A stretch of 64,000 bases of DNA from an uncultured Chloroflexia bacterium. GTDB lineage: Bacteria; Chloroflexota; Limnocylindria; Limnocylindrales; CSP1-4. Every line of letters starts with the position of its first letter. Within the stretch, counting starts at the first letter, position 1. Position numbers and translations under genes: made by a program. The stretch is taken from NCBI GenBank assembly GCA_963813535.1, contig CAWEZH010000003.1, positions 224,001 through 288,000 on the forward strand. The letters are read 5' to 3'. Under the pieces are notes generated by a model, which made no database searches, had not been told where the DNA came from, and was given only the letters and a program-made list of their open reading frames with translations. Below, in pieces: positions 9,755-24,400 of this stretch.

Positions 9755-10817
9755 AGAGGTGATCCACCAGTTCGTTCATCAGACCGGACACGAATGCGAC
9801 CGTGCCGATCGCGTTGGGGTAACTCATCCGGGTCGGGCCGAGCACGCCGACGACGCCGAGCGCGCGACCAGGCCGGCCGTACGGCGCGAGGATCAGCGTC
9901 ACGTCGTGCATCTCCTCGCGGGGGTTTTCGGCCCCGATGACGATGCTGATCCGCCCGGAACCGGCAACGCTGCCGACGAGCTCGCCCAGGTAGGCCCGGT
10001 TCTCGAGGGCCGTGAAGACCTGGCGCAGCTTGTCGCTCTGCGCGAATTCGGGAGCCTCCATCACGTTGAGCAGGCCGTCCGAGAAGACCTCCTCGACCGC
10101 TGCCGCGTCGTATTCGAGCAGGATCCGCATGATCCGCTCGCCGACGCGACGCGCGATGCGCTGGACCCGATCGGCCTCCTCGAGGCGGCTCAGGGTCGAC
10201 TCGGCCGACGTCGTGGTCTTGTCCACGAGGCGCTCGTTGAGGAGGCCGGCGACCTGGTTCAGCGTCGACTGGTCGACCGGCTCTGGCTCGTCAAGAGTGA
10301 CCGCCGCCTGCTTGATGGCACCTTCGCGGAGCACGAGGATGAGGCTCGCCATGCGCTCGTTCACGGCGACGAGATCGACTCGCCGGATGTGGGCAGCGCG
10401 CGGCTTGGCTGGTGTCGCGATGCCCGCGGAGCGGGTGAGACCGGCGAGGGTCGTCGCCGCGAGGCGGAACCAGTGCTCGCTGGCGAACTCGACCTGACCG
10501 AACTGGTGCCGGATCATCAGCTGCTCGACGGCCGGCAGCGGGACGGCATCGACGATCGACTCGACATAGAAGCGATAGCCCGCGTCGGTCGGAACGCGAC
10601 CGGCACTCGTGTGTGGGTGCGTCAGCAGCCCGGCCGTCTCGAGGTCGGCGAGGATGTTCCGGACAGTCGCGCTGGACACGCCAAGGCCATAGCGCTCGAC
10701 GAGCGCCAGGCTGCCGACCGGCTGTGCCGACGTGACGTATTCCTCGATGACGGCCCGAAGGATCGCCTGAGAGCGGAGGTCCAACGGGCCGAGTGGGCGG
10801 CGAATGCGTCGCGCCAA
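9747..10817 (-). CDS. hrcA: Heat-inducible transcription repressor HrcA
   Basis: SSATVRN, HPHTSAGRVPTDAGYRFYV, GVLGPTRMSY; TTG start with RBS GGGAG. Confidence 0.97.
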   Translation of the reverse strand: MARRIRRPLGPLDLRSQAILRAVIEEYVTSAQPVGSLALVERYGLGVSSATVRNILADLETAGLLTHPHTSAGRVPTDAGYRFYVESIVDAVPLPAVEQLMIRHQFGQVEFASEHWFRLAATTLAGLTRSAGIATPAKPRAAHIRRVDLVAVNERMASLILVLREGAIKQAAVTLDEPEPVDQSTLNQVAGLLNERLVDKTTTSAESTLSRLEEADRVQRIARRVGERIMRILLEYDAAAVEEVFSDGLLNVMEAPEFAQSDKLRQVFTALENRAYLGELVGSVAGSGRISIVIGAENPREEMHDVTLILAPYGRPGRALGVVGVLGPTRMSYPNAIGTVAFVSGLMNELVDHLYA

Positions 10818-10835
10818 ACTCGTTCTCCCGTGGTG

Positions 10836-10862
10836 TTAGCACTCGATGGGTGAGAGTGCTAA
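10836..10862. promoter_or_regulatory. CIRCE element (HrcA operator)
   Basis: Perfect TTAGCACTC-N9-GAGTGCTAA just upstream of hrcA. Confidence 0.97.
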
Positions 10863-10875
10863 CGAGCGTGCTGGC

Positions 10876-10905
10876 ATCGTAGCAGTGGCCACTGCCGAGT
10901 GTCAA
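10876..10905 (-). promoter_or_regulatory. Sigma-A-type promoter of hrcA-grpE-dnaK overlapped by a degenerate second CIRCE
   Basis: Minus strand reads TTGACA-N18-TACGAT; the same bases read TTGACACTC-N9-CACTGCTAC. Confidence 0.7.
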
Positions 10906-10931
10906 CGCGGGCGATGGTCCGGTACCGCCCC

Positions 10932-12170
10932 TCAGATGAGTCGACCGAAGACCTCGTTCGACAGCAGCCGGCCGCGTGTGGTCAGGACCACGCGATCCTT
11001 CAGCGTGACCGTGAGCAGTCCCGCTGCGAGTGCCCAGCCGAAGACATCGGCGAGCGGGGGCTCGTGCGCCGCCGCGAGCGGCACGCCCGTGTCGAGCCGG
11101 AGGCCAAGGATCAGCGACTCGGCGGTCGCCGTCTCGACGCCGAGTCGCTCGACACCGCCGGGCGGCAGGCTCGGCTGCGAGGCCGCCAATGCCGCGACGT
11201 AGAGATCGAGGCGGGCGGCCGTCCAGCGCCGGTCCGCACCGTCGAACGCGTGTGCTCCCGGTCCCAGTGCCTCGTTCGGCTTGCGCTGCCAGTACGCAAG
11301 GTTGTGGCGGCTCTCGTGACCAGGCCTGGCCCAATTCGAGATCTCGTAGCCGCGATAGCCGGTCTCTTCGAGCAGCAGCGCAGCGTGGTGGTACTGACCG
11401 GCGGCCCGGTCCTCGTCCTGGCCGGGTCGGACGGTGTCGCGCCAGCGACGTGCGCCCTTGGTGGTGGGCAGGTGATCGCCCACCGGTCCGGCCAGGCCCT
11501 CGGCCACCGGATCGTCGAGCGTCAGGGCATAGAGCGACAGGTGGTCGGGCTCGAGCTCCAGTGCCGTGTCGAGGGTGGCCATCCAGGTCGCCAGCCCGGT
11601 GTCCGGGATGTCGTAGAGGAGGTCGATGTTGATCGATCCGATGCCCGCCTCGCGGGCCGCCGCGACGGCATCCCGGACGTGCCGTGCCCGGTGGCGCCGC
11701 CCGAGCTTGCGAAGCTCCGTGTCGTCGAACGACTGGGCGCCGAAGGAGAGCCGCGTGATCCCGGCCCTGTGGAGCGCGGCCGGATCGCCGCGCTCGTCCG
11801 GACCGGGGTTCGCCTCGATCGTGACCTCGGCGTCGTCCGCGAGTCCGAACCGTTCACGAACGCGACCCAGGAGACGCTCGATCTGCTCGGTCGGGATAAG
11901 CGACGGAGTGCCGCCACCGAGGTACACCGACCCGAGCGGCGGCCGCCGGCGCGTGCCGGGCGCACCGAACGCCCGGTCGAGCGCGTCAGCGCGAAGGCCC
12001 AGCTCCACGTGCAGCGCGTCCAGGTACTCGCCGATCCTGTTGCGCGGCCCGCGCGCGGCCGAGCCGGCGATGACCACGAAGTCGCAATACGGGCAGAGGG
12101 ACACGCAGAAGGGAACGTGGATGTAGAGGGCGACGGGCGATCGCGCGGCCGATGCGGCTGCCGGGCTCAT
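10932..12170 (-). CDS. hemW: Radical SAM heme chaperone HemW (HemN-like)
   Basis: LYIHVPFCVSLCPYCDF (CxxxCxxC), GGGTPS, YEISNWA, HNLAYW; lies between lepA and hrcA. Confidence 0.92.
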   Translation of the reverse strand: MSPAAASAARSPVALYIHVPFCVSLCPYCDFVVIAGSAARGPRNRIGEYLDALHVELGLRADALDRAFGAPGTRRRPPLGSVYLGGGTPSLIPTEQIERLLGRVRERFGLADDAEVTIEANPGPDERGDPAALHRAGITRLSFGAQSFDDTELRKLGRRHRARHVRDAVAAAREAGIGSINIDLLYDIPDTGLATWMATLDTALELEPDHLSLYALTLDDPVAEGLAGPVGDHLPTTKGARRWRDTVRPGQDEDRAAGQYHHAALLLEETGYRGYEISNWARPGHESRHNLAYWQRKPNEALGPGAHAFDGADRRWTAARLDLYVAALAASQPSLPPGGVERLGVETATAESLILGLRLDTGVPLAAAHEPPLADVFGWALAAGLLTVTLKDRVVLTTRGRLLSNEVFGRLI

Positions 12171-12901
12171 CGCTCGCGCTGTGCGGACTCCCGTGATCCG
12201 ATCACGCGCCAGCCTTCAGGTGGCCGCCGCCGGCGATCGATCTCCTCGACCTCGCGCCCCTTGGGCAACGTCTGGCCGGTATGGCCGGTCGCCAGGAACA
12301 CGGCGAAGCGGGTCGCCGCGTGGCCGAGGAACGCCGCGGCGATCCCGCCGGTCACGGCCGTCAGCCAGCCGCCGATGAAGCCGATGCCCAGGGTGAGGAC
12401 CAGCAGATAGCGGTCCCGACCGGGCGCCCCGAGTCGGGTCGTGAGCGCGTAGAGGAGCGTCTGGATGATGTTCGCGAGGTTCGCCTCGAGGCCGAGCATG
12501 AGCAGGGTCCCGAAGATCGCGCCACGGAACGTGGCCTCGTCGATGAACGCCGTGGCGGTCGAGTTGAGCAACGCGCCGGGGTAGGAGGCGATGTCCGGGA
12601 ACCGGATCCGCTGATAGCGAAGCGTCGCGAACGCGAGCGCCTGGGCCACGCCCAAGCCGGCGAAGATCAGCCCGCCGGTGACGGCCCCGAGTCGATCGCC
12701 CGACCCGAGGAAGAGCTCGCCCTGGGGATGTGGGTGGATGTAGGCCATCGCGATGACCAGTGCGGTGCCCAGGCCGTACCAGGCGAGCCGGCGTCGGACC
12801 CGTGGCCGCTCGCCGTCACGGGTGGTCTCGTAGTACTCGGCCGTCCCGAACCGCTCCGCATCGAGCCGGAGCAGGACGAGCAGCAGCATCAGCCCGATCA
12901 C
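12167..12901 (-). CDS. CPBP (CAAX-protease-like) intramembrane protein; true start may be ~12938 with a 1-nt frameshift
   Basis: Multi-TM; degenerate EExxFRG motif (DEATFRG) and C-terminal AFLGH. Confidence 0.6.
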   Translation of the reverse strand: MIGLMLLLVLLRLDAERFGTAEYYETTRDGERPRVRRRLAWYGLGTALVIAMAYIHPHPQGELFLGSGDRLGAVTGGLIFAGLGVAQALAFATLRYQRIRFPDIASYPGALLNSTATAFIDEATFRGAIFGTLLMLGLEANLANIIQTLLYALTTRLGAPGRDRYLLVLTLGIGFIGGWLTAVTGGIAAAFLGHAATRFAVFLATGHTGQTLPKGREVEEIDRRRRPPEGWRVIGSRESAQRER

Positions 12902-12944
12902 GATCAGACCCGCGCGAGACGTCGAAGAGCTCCTCCACGAACGC

Positions 12945-14756
12945 TCAGCCCTCGTCCATGCGGAGCATCGCCAGGAATGCCTCCTGCGGGATCTCGACCG
13001 ACCCGACCCGCTTCATCCGCTGCTTGCCCTCTTTCTGCTTCTCGAGCAGCTTCCGCTTGCGGGTGATGTCGCCACCGTAACACTTGGCCAAGACGTTCTT
13101 GCGCATCGCGCGGACCGTTTCACGCGCGACCACGTTGCTGCCGATCGCCGCCTGGATCGGGATCTCGAACATCTGGCGTGGGATCAGCTGCTTGAGGCGC
13201 TCCGCCAGCGCGCGGCCGGTCGACTGGGCCCGATCGCGGTGGACGATGAGGCTCAGCGCATCGACGGGCTCGCCGTTGACGAGGATATCGACCTTGGCGA
13301 GATCGGCAGGTCGGTAGCCGAGCTCCTCGTAGTCCATCGAGGCGTAGCCCTGGCTGCGGCTCTTGAGCTGGTCGAAGTAGTCGACGATCAGCTCGGCGAG
13401 CGGCATCTCGAAATGGAGGACGACGCGGTTCGGGTCGAGGTACTCCATGTTCTCGAACGTCCCGCGGCGGTTCGTCGAGAGCTCCATCAAGGCCCCGATG
13501 TAGGCGCTCGGCGTCACGACGCTGAGCTTGACCCAGGGTTCCTCGATCGACTCGATGTCGGACGGGTTCGGCAGGAGTGCCGGATTGTCGACCACGACCA
13601 AGCCTCGGTCGTGCTGCAAATGGACGTGGTACTCGACCGATGGCGCCGAGGCGATGAGGTCGAGGTCGAACTCGCGCTCCAGACGCTCCTGGACGATCTC
13701 CATGTGCAACAGGCCGAGGAACCCGCACCGGAAGCCGAAGCCGAGGGCGACAGAACTCTCCGGCTCGAAGGTGAAGCTGGCGTCGTTGAGGTGGAGCTTG
13801 TCGAGCGCCTCGCGCAGGATCGGGTAATCCTCGCCGCTGACCGGATAGATGCCGGCGAACACGAGGCTCTTGGCCGGTTGGTAGCCGGGCAACGGGCGGG
13901 CCGCCGGTCGGGCCTGGGCCGTGACCGTGTCGCCGACCTGCGCCTCGCGCACGTTCTTGAGGCCCGTAGCGACGTAGCCGACCTCACCCGCGGTCAGCTG
14001 CTTGACCGGCACCAGCTGTGGCCGGAACACGCCGAGCTCGAGCGGCTCGGCGACCGCGCCGCTGCCCATCAGCCGGATCTGCTCGGATGCCTTGAGCGTG
14101 CCCTGCTCGAGTCGGACGTAGACGATCACGCCCTTGTAGGCGTCGTAGTGGCTGTCGAAGATGAGGCCCTGGACCGGAGCGGTCGGGTCGCCCGTCGGGG
14201 CCGGGATGCGCTCGACGATCGCCTCGAGGATGTCAGGGACACCCGTGCCGTCCTTGGCGCTGGCGAGGATGACCTCCTCGCGCGGGATGGCGAGGACGTT
14301 CTCGAGCTCATCGATGATCGTGTCGGGGTCGGCCGACGGAAGGTCGATCTTGTTGAGGACCGGGATGAGGGTGAGGTTCTCGCGGAGGGCGAGGTGGACG
14401 TTGGCGAGCGTCTGCGCCTCGATGCCCTGGGTCGCGTCGACCACGAGGATGGCGCCCTCGCAGGCCTGCAGGCTGTGGCTGACCTCGTACGCGAAGTCGA
14501 CGTGACCGGGCGTGTCGATGAGGTTGAGCCCGTAGGTCTGGCCGTCCTTGGCGCGGTACTCGAGGCGGACGGCCCGGGCCTTGATCGTGATGCCCTTCTC
14601 GCGCTCGAGGTCCATCGAATCGAGGACCTGGCTCGTCATCTGGCGCGCGTCGATCGTGTGGGTCAGTTCGAGCAGGCGGTCCGCCAGGGTCGACTTGCCG
14701 TGATCGATGTGGGCGATGATCGAAAAGTTGCGCAGGCGCTCCTGGGGGATGGTCAC
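12945..14756 (-). CDS. lepA: Elongation factor 4 LepA
   Basis: [44 protein letters not shown]; start moved to GTG 14756. Confidence 0.99.
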   Translation of the reverse strand: MTIPQERLRNFSIIAHIDHGKSTLADRLLELTHTIDARQMTSQVLDSMDLEREKGITIKARAVRLEYRAKDGQTYGLNLIDTPGHVDFAYEVSHSLQACEGAILVVDATQGIEAQTLANVHLALRENLTLIPVLNKIDLPSADPDTIIDELENVLAIPREEVILASAKDGTGVPDILEAIVERIPAPTGDPTAPVQGLIFDSHYDAYKGVIVYVRLEQGTLKASEQIRLMGSGAVAEPLELGVFRPQLVPVKQLTAGEVGYVATGLKNVREAQVGDTVTAQARPAARPLPGYQPAKSLVFAGIYPVSGEDYPILREALDKLHLNDASFTFEPESSVALGFGFRCGFLGLLHMEIVQERLEREFDLDLIASAPSVEYHVHLQHDRGLVVVDNPALLPNPSDIESIEEPWVKLSVVTPSAYIGALMELSTNRRGTFENMEYLDPNRVVLHFEMPLAELIVDYFDQLKSRSQGYASMDYEELGYRPADLAKVDILVNGEPVDALSLIVHRDRAQSTGRALAERLKQLIPRQMFEIPIQAAIGSNVVARETVRAMRKNVLAKCYGGDITRKRKLLEKQKEGKQRMKRVGSVEIPQEAFLAMLRMDEG

Positions 14757-14867
14757 GAGGCGGGAGTGTAGCCCCTCCTGTGGTAGCATCCGCCTCCGCT
14801 GCGGCGCTCATCCCGCGCCGTCGCATGTCGATCAGCCCTTCACGACCACACACCAGAGAGGTTCCCC

Positions 14868-15497
14868 TTGGCCAAGACGCCCCGCACCTGGTCGGGCGCT
14901 CGTACTCCGTCGGGTCTCAAGCGCGTCCGGCAGGCGGCCCGCCGCCACGAGGTGCTCGGCCCACGTCGGACTGCCGCGAAGACCTACGTCGCGAAGGCCC
15001 TCAGCACGGTCGCCTCGTCGACCGATACCGAGACCGCCAACGCCGCCCTGATCGACGCGCTCTCGGCGCTCGATCGCGCAGCCAAGGCCGGTGCGATCCA
15101 CCCGAATGCCGCGGCGCGCCGCAAGTCACGACTGACGCGCAAGGTGAACGCCGCTCTCGGTGGCACCACGGTGTCGACCGCCGGTCGTGTCACGAAGCAG
15201 ACCGGCAAGGCCGCTGCTGCGAAGGCTGCCAAGGCCCGCATCGCCGCCGGCAAGTCGACCAAGGCGAAGGGCGCCCAGACGGCCGCCGGCAAGGCCCGTG
15301 CCGCACTGAGCAAGACGGCCCGCGCCGAGGCCGCTGCGGCCAAGGCCGCCGAGGCCGGCGCCACCGAGACCGCCGCGCCGACCAAGCCGGCACGTCCCGC
15401 CACCAAGGCGACCGCGGCGAAGAAGCCTGCCGCGAAGGCGACCGCCGCGAAGCCTGCGGCCAAGGCCAAAGCCACCAAGGCGACCACGAAGAGCTAA
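14868..15497 (+). CDS. rpsT: 30S ribosomal protein S20 with a long Ala/Lys-rich C-terminal tail
   Basis: KRVRQAARR, ALDRAAKAGAIHPNAAARRKSRL; divergent from lepA; RBS GAGG before TTG. Confidence 0.93.
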   Translation: MAKTPRTWSGARTPSGLKRVRQAARRHEVLGPRRTAAKTYVAKALSTVASSTDTETANAALIDALSALDRAAKAGAIHPNAAARRKSRLTRKVNAALGGTTVSTAGRVTKQTGKAAAAKAAKARIAAGKSTKAKGAQTAAGKARAALSKTARAEAAAAKAAEAGATETAAPTKPARPATKATAAKKPAAKATAAKPAAKAKATKATTKS

Positions 15498-15519
15498 CGA
15501 CCTCGCCGACCGAACCGAC

Positions 15520-15545
15520 CGACGCCCCGGACACCCGGGGCGTCG
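15520..15545. terminator. Hairpin between convergent rpsT and the eno operon
   Basis: CGACGCCCCGG-acac-CCGGGGCGTCG, 11-bp stem. Confidence 0.7.
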
Positions 15546-15587
15546 TTCATGTCGGCGGGATCAGTCGAAGCACTTCCAACGGGCGGC

Positions 15588-18993
<3,406 letters not shown>

Positions 18994-19000
18994 CGCCGCG

Positions 19001-20020
19001 TCAGGCGGCGACGGGCAGGCGCGCGGCCACGAACGCGATCAGATCGGCGACCCGGCAGCTGTATCCCCATTCGTTGTCGTACCAGGCGATGACCTTCACC
19101 ATGTCGCCGCCGAGGACCATCGTCGACTCCGCATCGATGATCGACGAGCGGGAGTCGCCTCGGAAATCGCTCGACACGAGCGGCTCGTCGGACACGCCGA
19201 GGATGCCCTCGAGAGCGCCGGTCGATGCCGCGCGGAAGGCATCGTTGAGTTCCTCGACGGTCGTCGAGCGCCGCACGGTGGCGGTGAAGTCGACGACGCT
19301 CACCGTCGGCGTCGGCACGCGCAGGCTGAACCCGTCGAACTTGCCCTTGAGGTCCGGGATGACTAGCGCAAGCGCCTTCGCCGCGCCGGTGGTGGTCGGG
19401 ATGATGTTCTGGCCTGCGGCGCGAGCGCGACGCGGATCCTTGTGCGCGACGTCGAGGATCCGCTGGTCGTTCGTGTAGCTGTGGATGGTGTTCATCAGCC
19501 CCTTCTCGATGCCGAGCAGGTCGTGGACGACCTTGGCGGCCGGGGCGAGGCAGTTCGTCGTGCAGCTGGCGTTGCTGATGACGTGGTGCGCCGACGGGTC
19601 GTAGCGATCCTCGTTGACGCCCAGGACGATCGTGATGTCCTCGTTCTTGGCCGGAGCGCTGATGATCACCTTCTGGGCGCCCGCGGTGATGTGCGCCTTG
19701 GCCTTCTCGGCGTCCGTGAAGATGCCGGTCGACTCGAGGACGATATCGACACCGAGGTCGCCCCACGGCAGCGTTGCCGGATCCCTCTCCGCCAGGATCC
19801 TGATCTCACGGCCGTCGATGATGATCGAGCTGTCGCCGGCGCGGACGTCCCCGTCATAGGCGCCGTACGTCGAGTCGTGCTTGAACAGCAACGCATTCAT
19901 CTCGGCATCGACGAGGTCGTTCACGGCCACCACCTCGACGTCCGGCGCGCGCTCGAGCAGCGCCTTGAGCGACTGGCGGCCGATACGGCCGAAGCCGTTG
20001 ATGCCGACACGAACTGCCAT
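19001..20020 (-). CDS. gap: Glyceraldehyde-3-phosphate dehydrogenase, type I
   Basis: [29 protein letters not shown]. Confidence 0.99.
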   Translation of the reverse strand: MAVRVGINGFGRIGRQSLKALLERAPDVEVVAVNDLVDAEMNALLFKHDSTYGAYDGDVRAGDSSIIIDGREIRILAERDPATLPWGDLGVDIVLESTGIFTDAEKAKAHITAGAQKVIISAPAKNEDITIVLGVNEDRYDPSAHHVISNASCTTNCLAPAAKVVHDLLGIEKGLMNTIHSYTNDQRILDVAHKDPRRARAAGQNIIPTTTGAAKALALVIPDLKGKFDGFSLRVPTPTVSVVDFTATVRRSTTVEELNDAFRAASTGALEGILGVSDEPLVSSDFRGDSRSSIIDAESTMVLGGDMVKVIAWYDNEWGYSCRVADLIAFVAARLPVAA

Positions 20021-20141
20021 CAGGGGAAACCTCCTGCGGCCCGATGCGGGGACCGCTGGTTCGTGGCGCGCTCGACGCGCGCGTCAAAAGCTCGGGGGAA
20101 CAGGGCCATTCTAGCAAAGGCCCACCGCGCTCCCGGACATG

Positions 20142-20173
20142 CGACGGCCCCCGCCTCCCGGCGGGGGCCGTCG
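20142..20173 (-). terminator. Hairpin downstream of the small zinc-ribbon gene
   Basis: 14-bp stem CGACGGCCCCCGCC / GGCGGGGGCCGTCG. Confidence 0.65.
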
Positions 20174-20198
20174 TGCGTATCGCGATGAATGCGGGCGA

Positions 20199-20339
20199 TC
20201 AGCCGCCGATCCTGAAGACCTTGTTACCGCAGATCGGGCACGTGCCCTGCAGGGCCGGCTTGCCGTTCTTCATGGTGATCCGTTGAGGGTTTTGGACCTC
20301 GACCTTTCGCTTGTCCTTGACGCAATAGGCCTCAGCCAT
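20199..20339 (-). CDS. Small basic zinc-ribbon protein (DUF5679-like), 46 aa
   Basis: MAEAYCVKDKRKVEVQNPQRITMKNGKPALQGTCPICGNKVFRIGG; strong RBS GAGGAGG. Confidence 0.85.
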   Translation of the reverse strand: MAEAYCVKDKRKVEVQNPQRITMKNGKPALQGTCPICGNKVFRIGG

Positions 20340-20408
20340 GTGGGCTTCCTCCTCGATGGGTCGAGCGTCGCGGGAGCACGCGTCCCGCATCCGCTCGTCG
20401 ATAGCTCG

Positions 20409-21275
20409 CTAGGTCGACCACAGCGACGGCCGCCAGCGGTCCGTCGACGCGGTTCGTTTCTGGGCGTCGATCTGTGCCAGCACCAGCAGGCTCTCGAGGC
20501 CGGTCTCGACGCAGGCCGCCTCGGCAGCATCCTTCATCGGTCCGTCGATGAACTCGCCGGTCGTCCGGTTGGCGTAGACCGCACAGACGACGCCGGCACG
20601 ACAGCCGGCTAGCGACGCGAACACCAGCAGAGCCGATGCCTCCATCTCGAAGTTCATGACGCGCTGGCGCGCCATGTCCTCCGCCAGGTCAGGGTAGCGG
20701 ATGGGCAACTGCGGGATGGGACGCCCCTGCGCCCCGAAGAACCCCGGTGCCGTCGCCGTCACTCCGACGTGGTAGCGGTGACCGAGCCGTTCCGCCGCCT
20801 CGATGAGCGCCACGATCGCCTCATAGTCGGCAACCGCGGGATACCCATCGTGGACGTACCAGCTCGTCGTCGTCTCGAGACGAACCCCTCCGGTGGTGAT
20901 GACCAAGTCTCCCAGGCGCATCTCCGGCTGGAGGGCTCCGCACGAGCCGACCCGGATGAAGGTCGGACGAGTCGTGATCGCCAGGATCTCGGCCACGGCG
21001 ATCTCGACGTTGTCCGTTCCGATGCCGGTCGACACGACCGACACCCGCTGACCCCGGAACGTGCCGGTCGCAGAGGCGAACTCCCGGTGTCGGTGCTCGA
21101 GCTCGATGGAATCGAAGCGCGAGGCGATCCTGGTGGTCCGATCCTGGTCCCCGGGGAGGAGGATGTACTCGGCCAGGTCTCCCGGTCCGAGTCCGATGTG
21201 GTACTGCCGTTCCCCTTCCGGGACCGCGATCCTGCGGTCTCGGGGATCTTCTACGCGGGTTTCCGCGTTCGGCAA
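20409..21275 (-). CDS. udp: Uridine (nucleoside) phosphorylase, PNP/UDP family
   Basis: QYHIGL, LLPGD, HREF, STGIG, IRVGSCG, NFEMEAS; TTG start after GAGGAG-like RBS. Confidence 0.85.
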   Translation of the reverse strand: MPNAETRVEDPRDRRIAVPEGERQYHIGLGPGDLAEYILLPGDQDRTTRIASRFDSIELEHRHREFASATGTFRGQRVSVVSTGIGTDNVEIAVAEILAITTRPTFIRVGSCGALQPEMRLGDLVITTGGVRLETTTSWYVHDGYPAVADYEAIVALIEAAERLGHRYHVGVTATAPGFFGAQGRPIPQLPIRYPDLAEDMARQRVMNFEMEASALLVFASLAGCRAGVVCAVYANRTTGEFIDGPMKDAAEAACVETGLESLLVLAQIDAQKRTASTDRWRPSLWST

Positions 21276-21445
21276 AACCTCTCCTCGCTCACGTGCCTGC
21301 TTCGCTGGCGCGAAACTCGGGCGAGGATAGTCCGGCGATTCTGCGAGCGTCAAGCACGCCCACGCACGTTTCCTGCGTGCGCGGCGCCCTCACGGCGTCC
21401 TGGCGGCGCCCCGCACGACGGCCATCCGGCGGCGCTCGACCCAGG

Positions 21446-24400
21446 TCAGTGCAGGTCTTGGACCCCGATCGGGGGCACTCGTTCGCCCCGATCGGGCCCT
21501 GCCGAGCTGGTCAGACCGGCAAGCCGCGTCGCGACACGCTCGGCCAGCAGACGCCTGCCGTGCCGGCGGCGGAGGACCGTCATCGCCACCGATGCCAACG
21601 CGACCAGCAGCAGGCCGGCCAGTCCGGCACCCGCGCCGGGCACGAGTCCGCCAGCGTCGGCGAAGCCCGCGGACCGCACATCCGTCTGGCTCTCGAGCGT
21701 CGGCGCGGGACTGAGGTCCGGGTCCGCCCCGGCATCGATGCGGTCGAGCGCACTACCGAGCACGAGCGCGGACGGGTCCGTGACGACGAGGGCGGGCTCG
21801 CCGTCCGCCTGCGTCTCCACGCGACCCGTGGCATTGATCGCGTCGCCGGGTTCGACGAGACCCACCCAGTCGCTCGCGGCGCCTGTGAGCACGACGCGAC
21901 CGACGGCCGTGCCATCGTCGAGCATGAAGCCATCGGATCGAAGGTCGACGACGAGTCCGCCGACCCGCACGACCGACCCGCGCAGGGACGCAAGGTCGAC
22001 CAGATCGGCGTCGATCGCGTCGGTCGTCCGGGCAGACGGTCCCGTCGACGCCCCCGCTCGTGTGTCCGAGGCTGCTCCGGCGCCCGAGCTCGACGCCGCT
22101 CCGCGCTGTCGGACATCAGCGGTGGATCGAGGCAGGATCGACGGCCGCTTGTCGGAGGCGCTCGGATAGGCGGGTCGGACGATCCCGACGACGTCGGCGA
22201 CGCGACCTTCGGCAAGCGCCGTGTTGGGGATGCGTGCGCCGGGCTGTGCCACGACGACGAGTCTCGTGGCCCCGACGACGATCTCGGCGCGCCACCGCTC
22301 GCCCAGCTTGGTGACGTCGTCCACGCGCCCGGTGACCGACACGAGCCGCCAGGTGTGTGACGTGGTCAGTGGGCCGTTGACGCGCAGCGGCGCGGGTACG
22401 GTTGCGGATCCACGGCGATCAAGCGACTCCGCGCGCAGGCGCGGCGCACCGTATGCCGTCCCGACGCGGCCGACGGCGCGGACGCGACTGCCGACCGACG
22501 GCGCCGACGCGTCCTTGGGGATCAGGACCTCGATGGCCCCGGTCGCATCCTGGACTACGATCCGCCGCCCTGAACTGTCGAGGAGCTTCGTGCCCGCCGT
22601 GACCACGGCGTCGATGGCGATGTCGCGATCGGTGGTCCGGAGCGCCGTGGCGATCGAAACGACCGACGGTCCCGGGCCGTTCGACGCGCCCGGCTGGCCC
22701 GCCGAAGGCGACGGCTTCGGGGCCGCGGCGAGGAGCGTCACGTCATGGCGGTCGCGCGCCCAGACGCGGTAGCCGTCAAGCGCACCCTTTTGGGTCGCGC
22801 GCTGCCCGGCGACACCGACGATCCGATAGCGCGCGCCCTTCATGAACGATGTCTGCTTGAGCCCGCTCGATGCGTCGGCCATGACCCGGACCTTCGTGCC
22901 GCTCGCCACCTCGATCAGGAGCCGGATGTCGCCGCTGTCGACCCTGGTCGGGCGTTCCGCGACGACGCCCGTCACGCGGACGAGCCGTCCTTCGATCAAT
23001 TCGTTCGGTCCAGCAACCGGCACATCGATCGGGGCGGGCAGCGCGGCCGTGCCCTCGAAGGTGATGCCGCTCGCGGCGGGGCGGATCTCGATCTGGCCGT
23101 ATGGATCGGCGACCTTGCCGGTCACCGACACGACGCGTCCGCGAGCCGGCGGCGTGATGCCCGAGGGCAGCTTGACGACGATGCCGCCGCTCGCGTCGGC
23201 GATCGCCACGAGACCCTGAGTCCCAAGGCGGCCGGTCTCGGCGGTCACGATGCCGCGGACCGAGGCGGTGCTGCCCATCGGAAGCGCACGAACGTCGGCG
23301 ATCGATGGCGTGGCGGGTGTCGGCGACGACGACGGAGTCGGTGATGTCGTGGGCGTGGGGCCAGGGGATCCCGTCGAGCTCGGGGTCGGTGTCGGTGTCT
23401 GGCTGGGCGTCGGGGCGGAGGTAGGCGTCGGAGTCGGGGGCGGCGCGACGACGAGGTCGGCATGCACCGTGACGAACAGGCGATAGCCCGCGAGGCCCGT
23501 CCCTGAGCTGTCGCGCTGCCCGAGCGGCCCGACCGTGGTGATGCGCGAGCCGAGGTCGAGTGCGCGCCCCCCGAGTGCACCCGGCGTCACGATGACCCGT
23601 GTCGGGCCGGAGCCGTCGTCTACCGTCACGGCCGTACCGTCGGCGAGGCTATCCGGACCAGCGACCACATCGCCGGCGACCAGGAGCCGCCGACCCTCGA
23701 CGGGTTCGACCGCTGCGCCGGTGCTTGACGTGAACGGGACGGGCAGCGGCGCGGTCCCGGTCGCGACGACATCGGCCTCGTTCGCGCGGATCGTGCGCTG
23801 CGCGAACCGGTCGTCGACCGAGCCGAGCACGACCACCGACGTGCCGGCGACGAGCGGGCTCACGACTGCTGCCTCGAGGTAGATGGCAACGCCGCCGCTG
23901 TCGTCCTGCACGAACGCACCGTGTCCGGCCTCGAGCGCGCCGAGATCGGTCGTGAGCACGCCGGCGATCGTCACGATAGTGCCGTCGGGTCGCGCGCGGG
24001 CCTCCGCGATCGGCACCGTCGATGGCGTTGGTGTCGGTGTCGGGCTGACTGTCGGTTCTGTCGTTGGTGATGGAGTGGGCGTCGCGGTCGGCTCGGCAGT
24101 CGGCGTCGCGGTCGGCTCGGCAGTCGGCGTCGCGGTCGGCTCGGCAGTCGGCGTCGCGGTCGGCTCGGCAGTCGGCGTCGCGGTCGGCTCGGCCGACGCC
24201 GTCGCGGTGGGACCTGGCGTGGCGCCCGGCGATGGGACGAACGGCGAGGCGAGGTTCTGCGGGCCGGGCGACGCGGTGACGAACCAGTCGATCGAGTTGT
24301 CGTTGGCGTCCGACGCATTCCCTGCAGTCCCGCCCGGCCGCCGTTCGAGGCTCGATGACGCCGGCGGTGCAGGCGCCACCGTCCCCTCGACGAAGGCGTT

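Noticed and set aside
24078-24193. Tandem repeat as a possible CRISPR array
   Set aside because: No spacers; it is an in-frame Pro/Thr linker, and no cas genes are present
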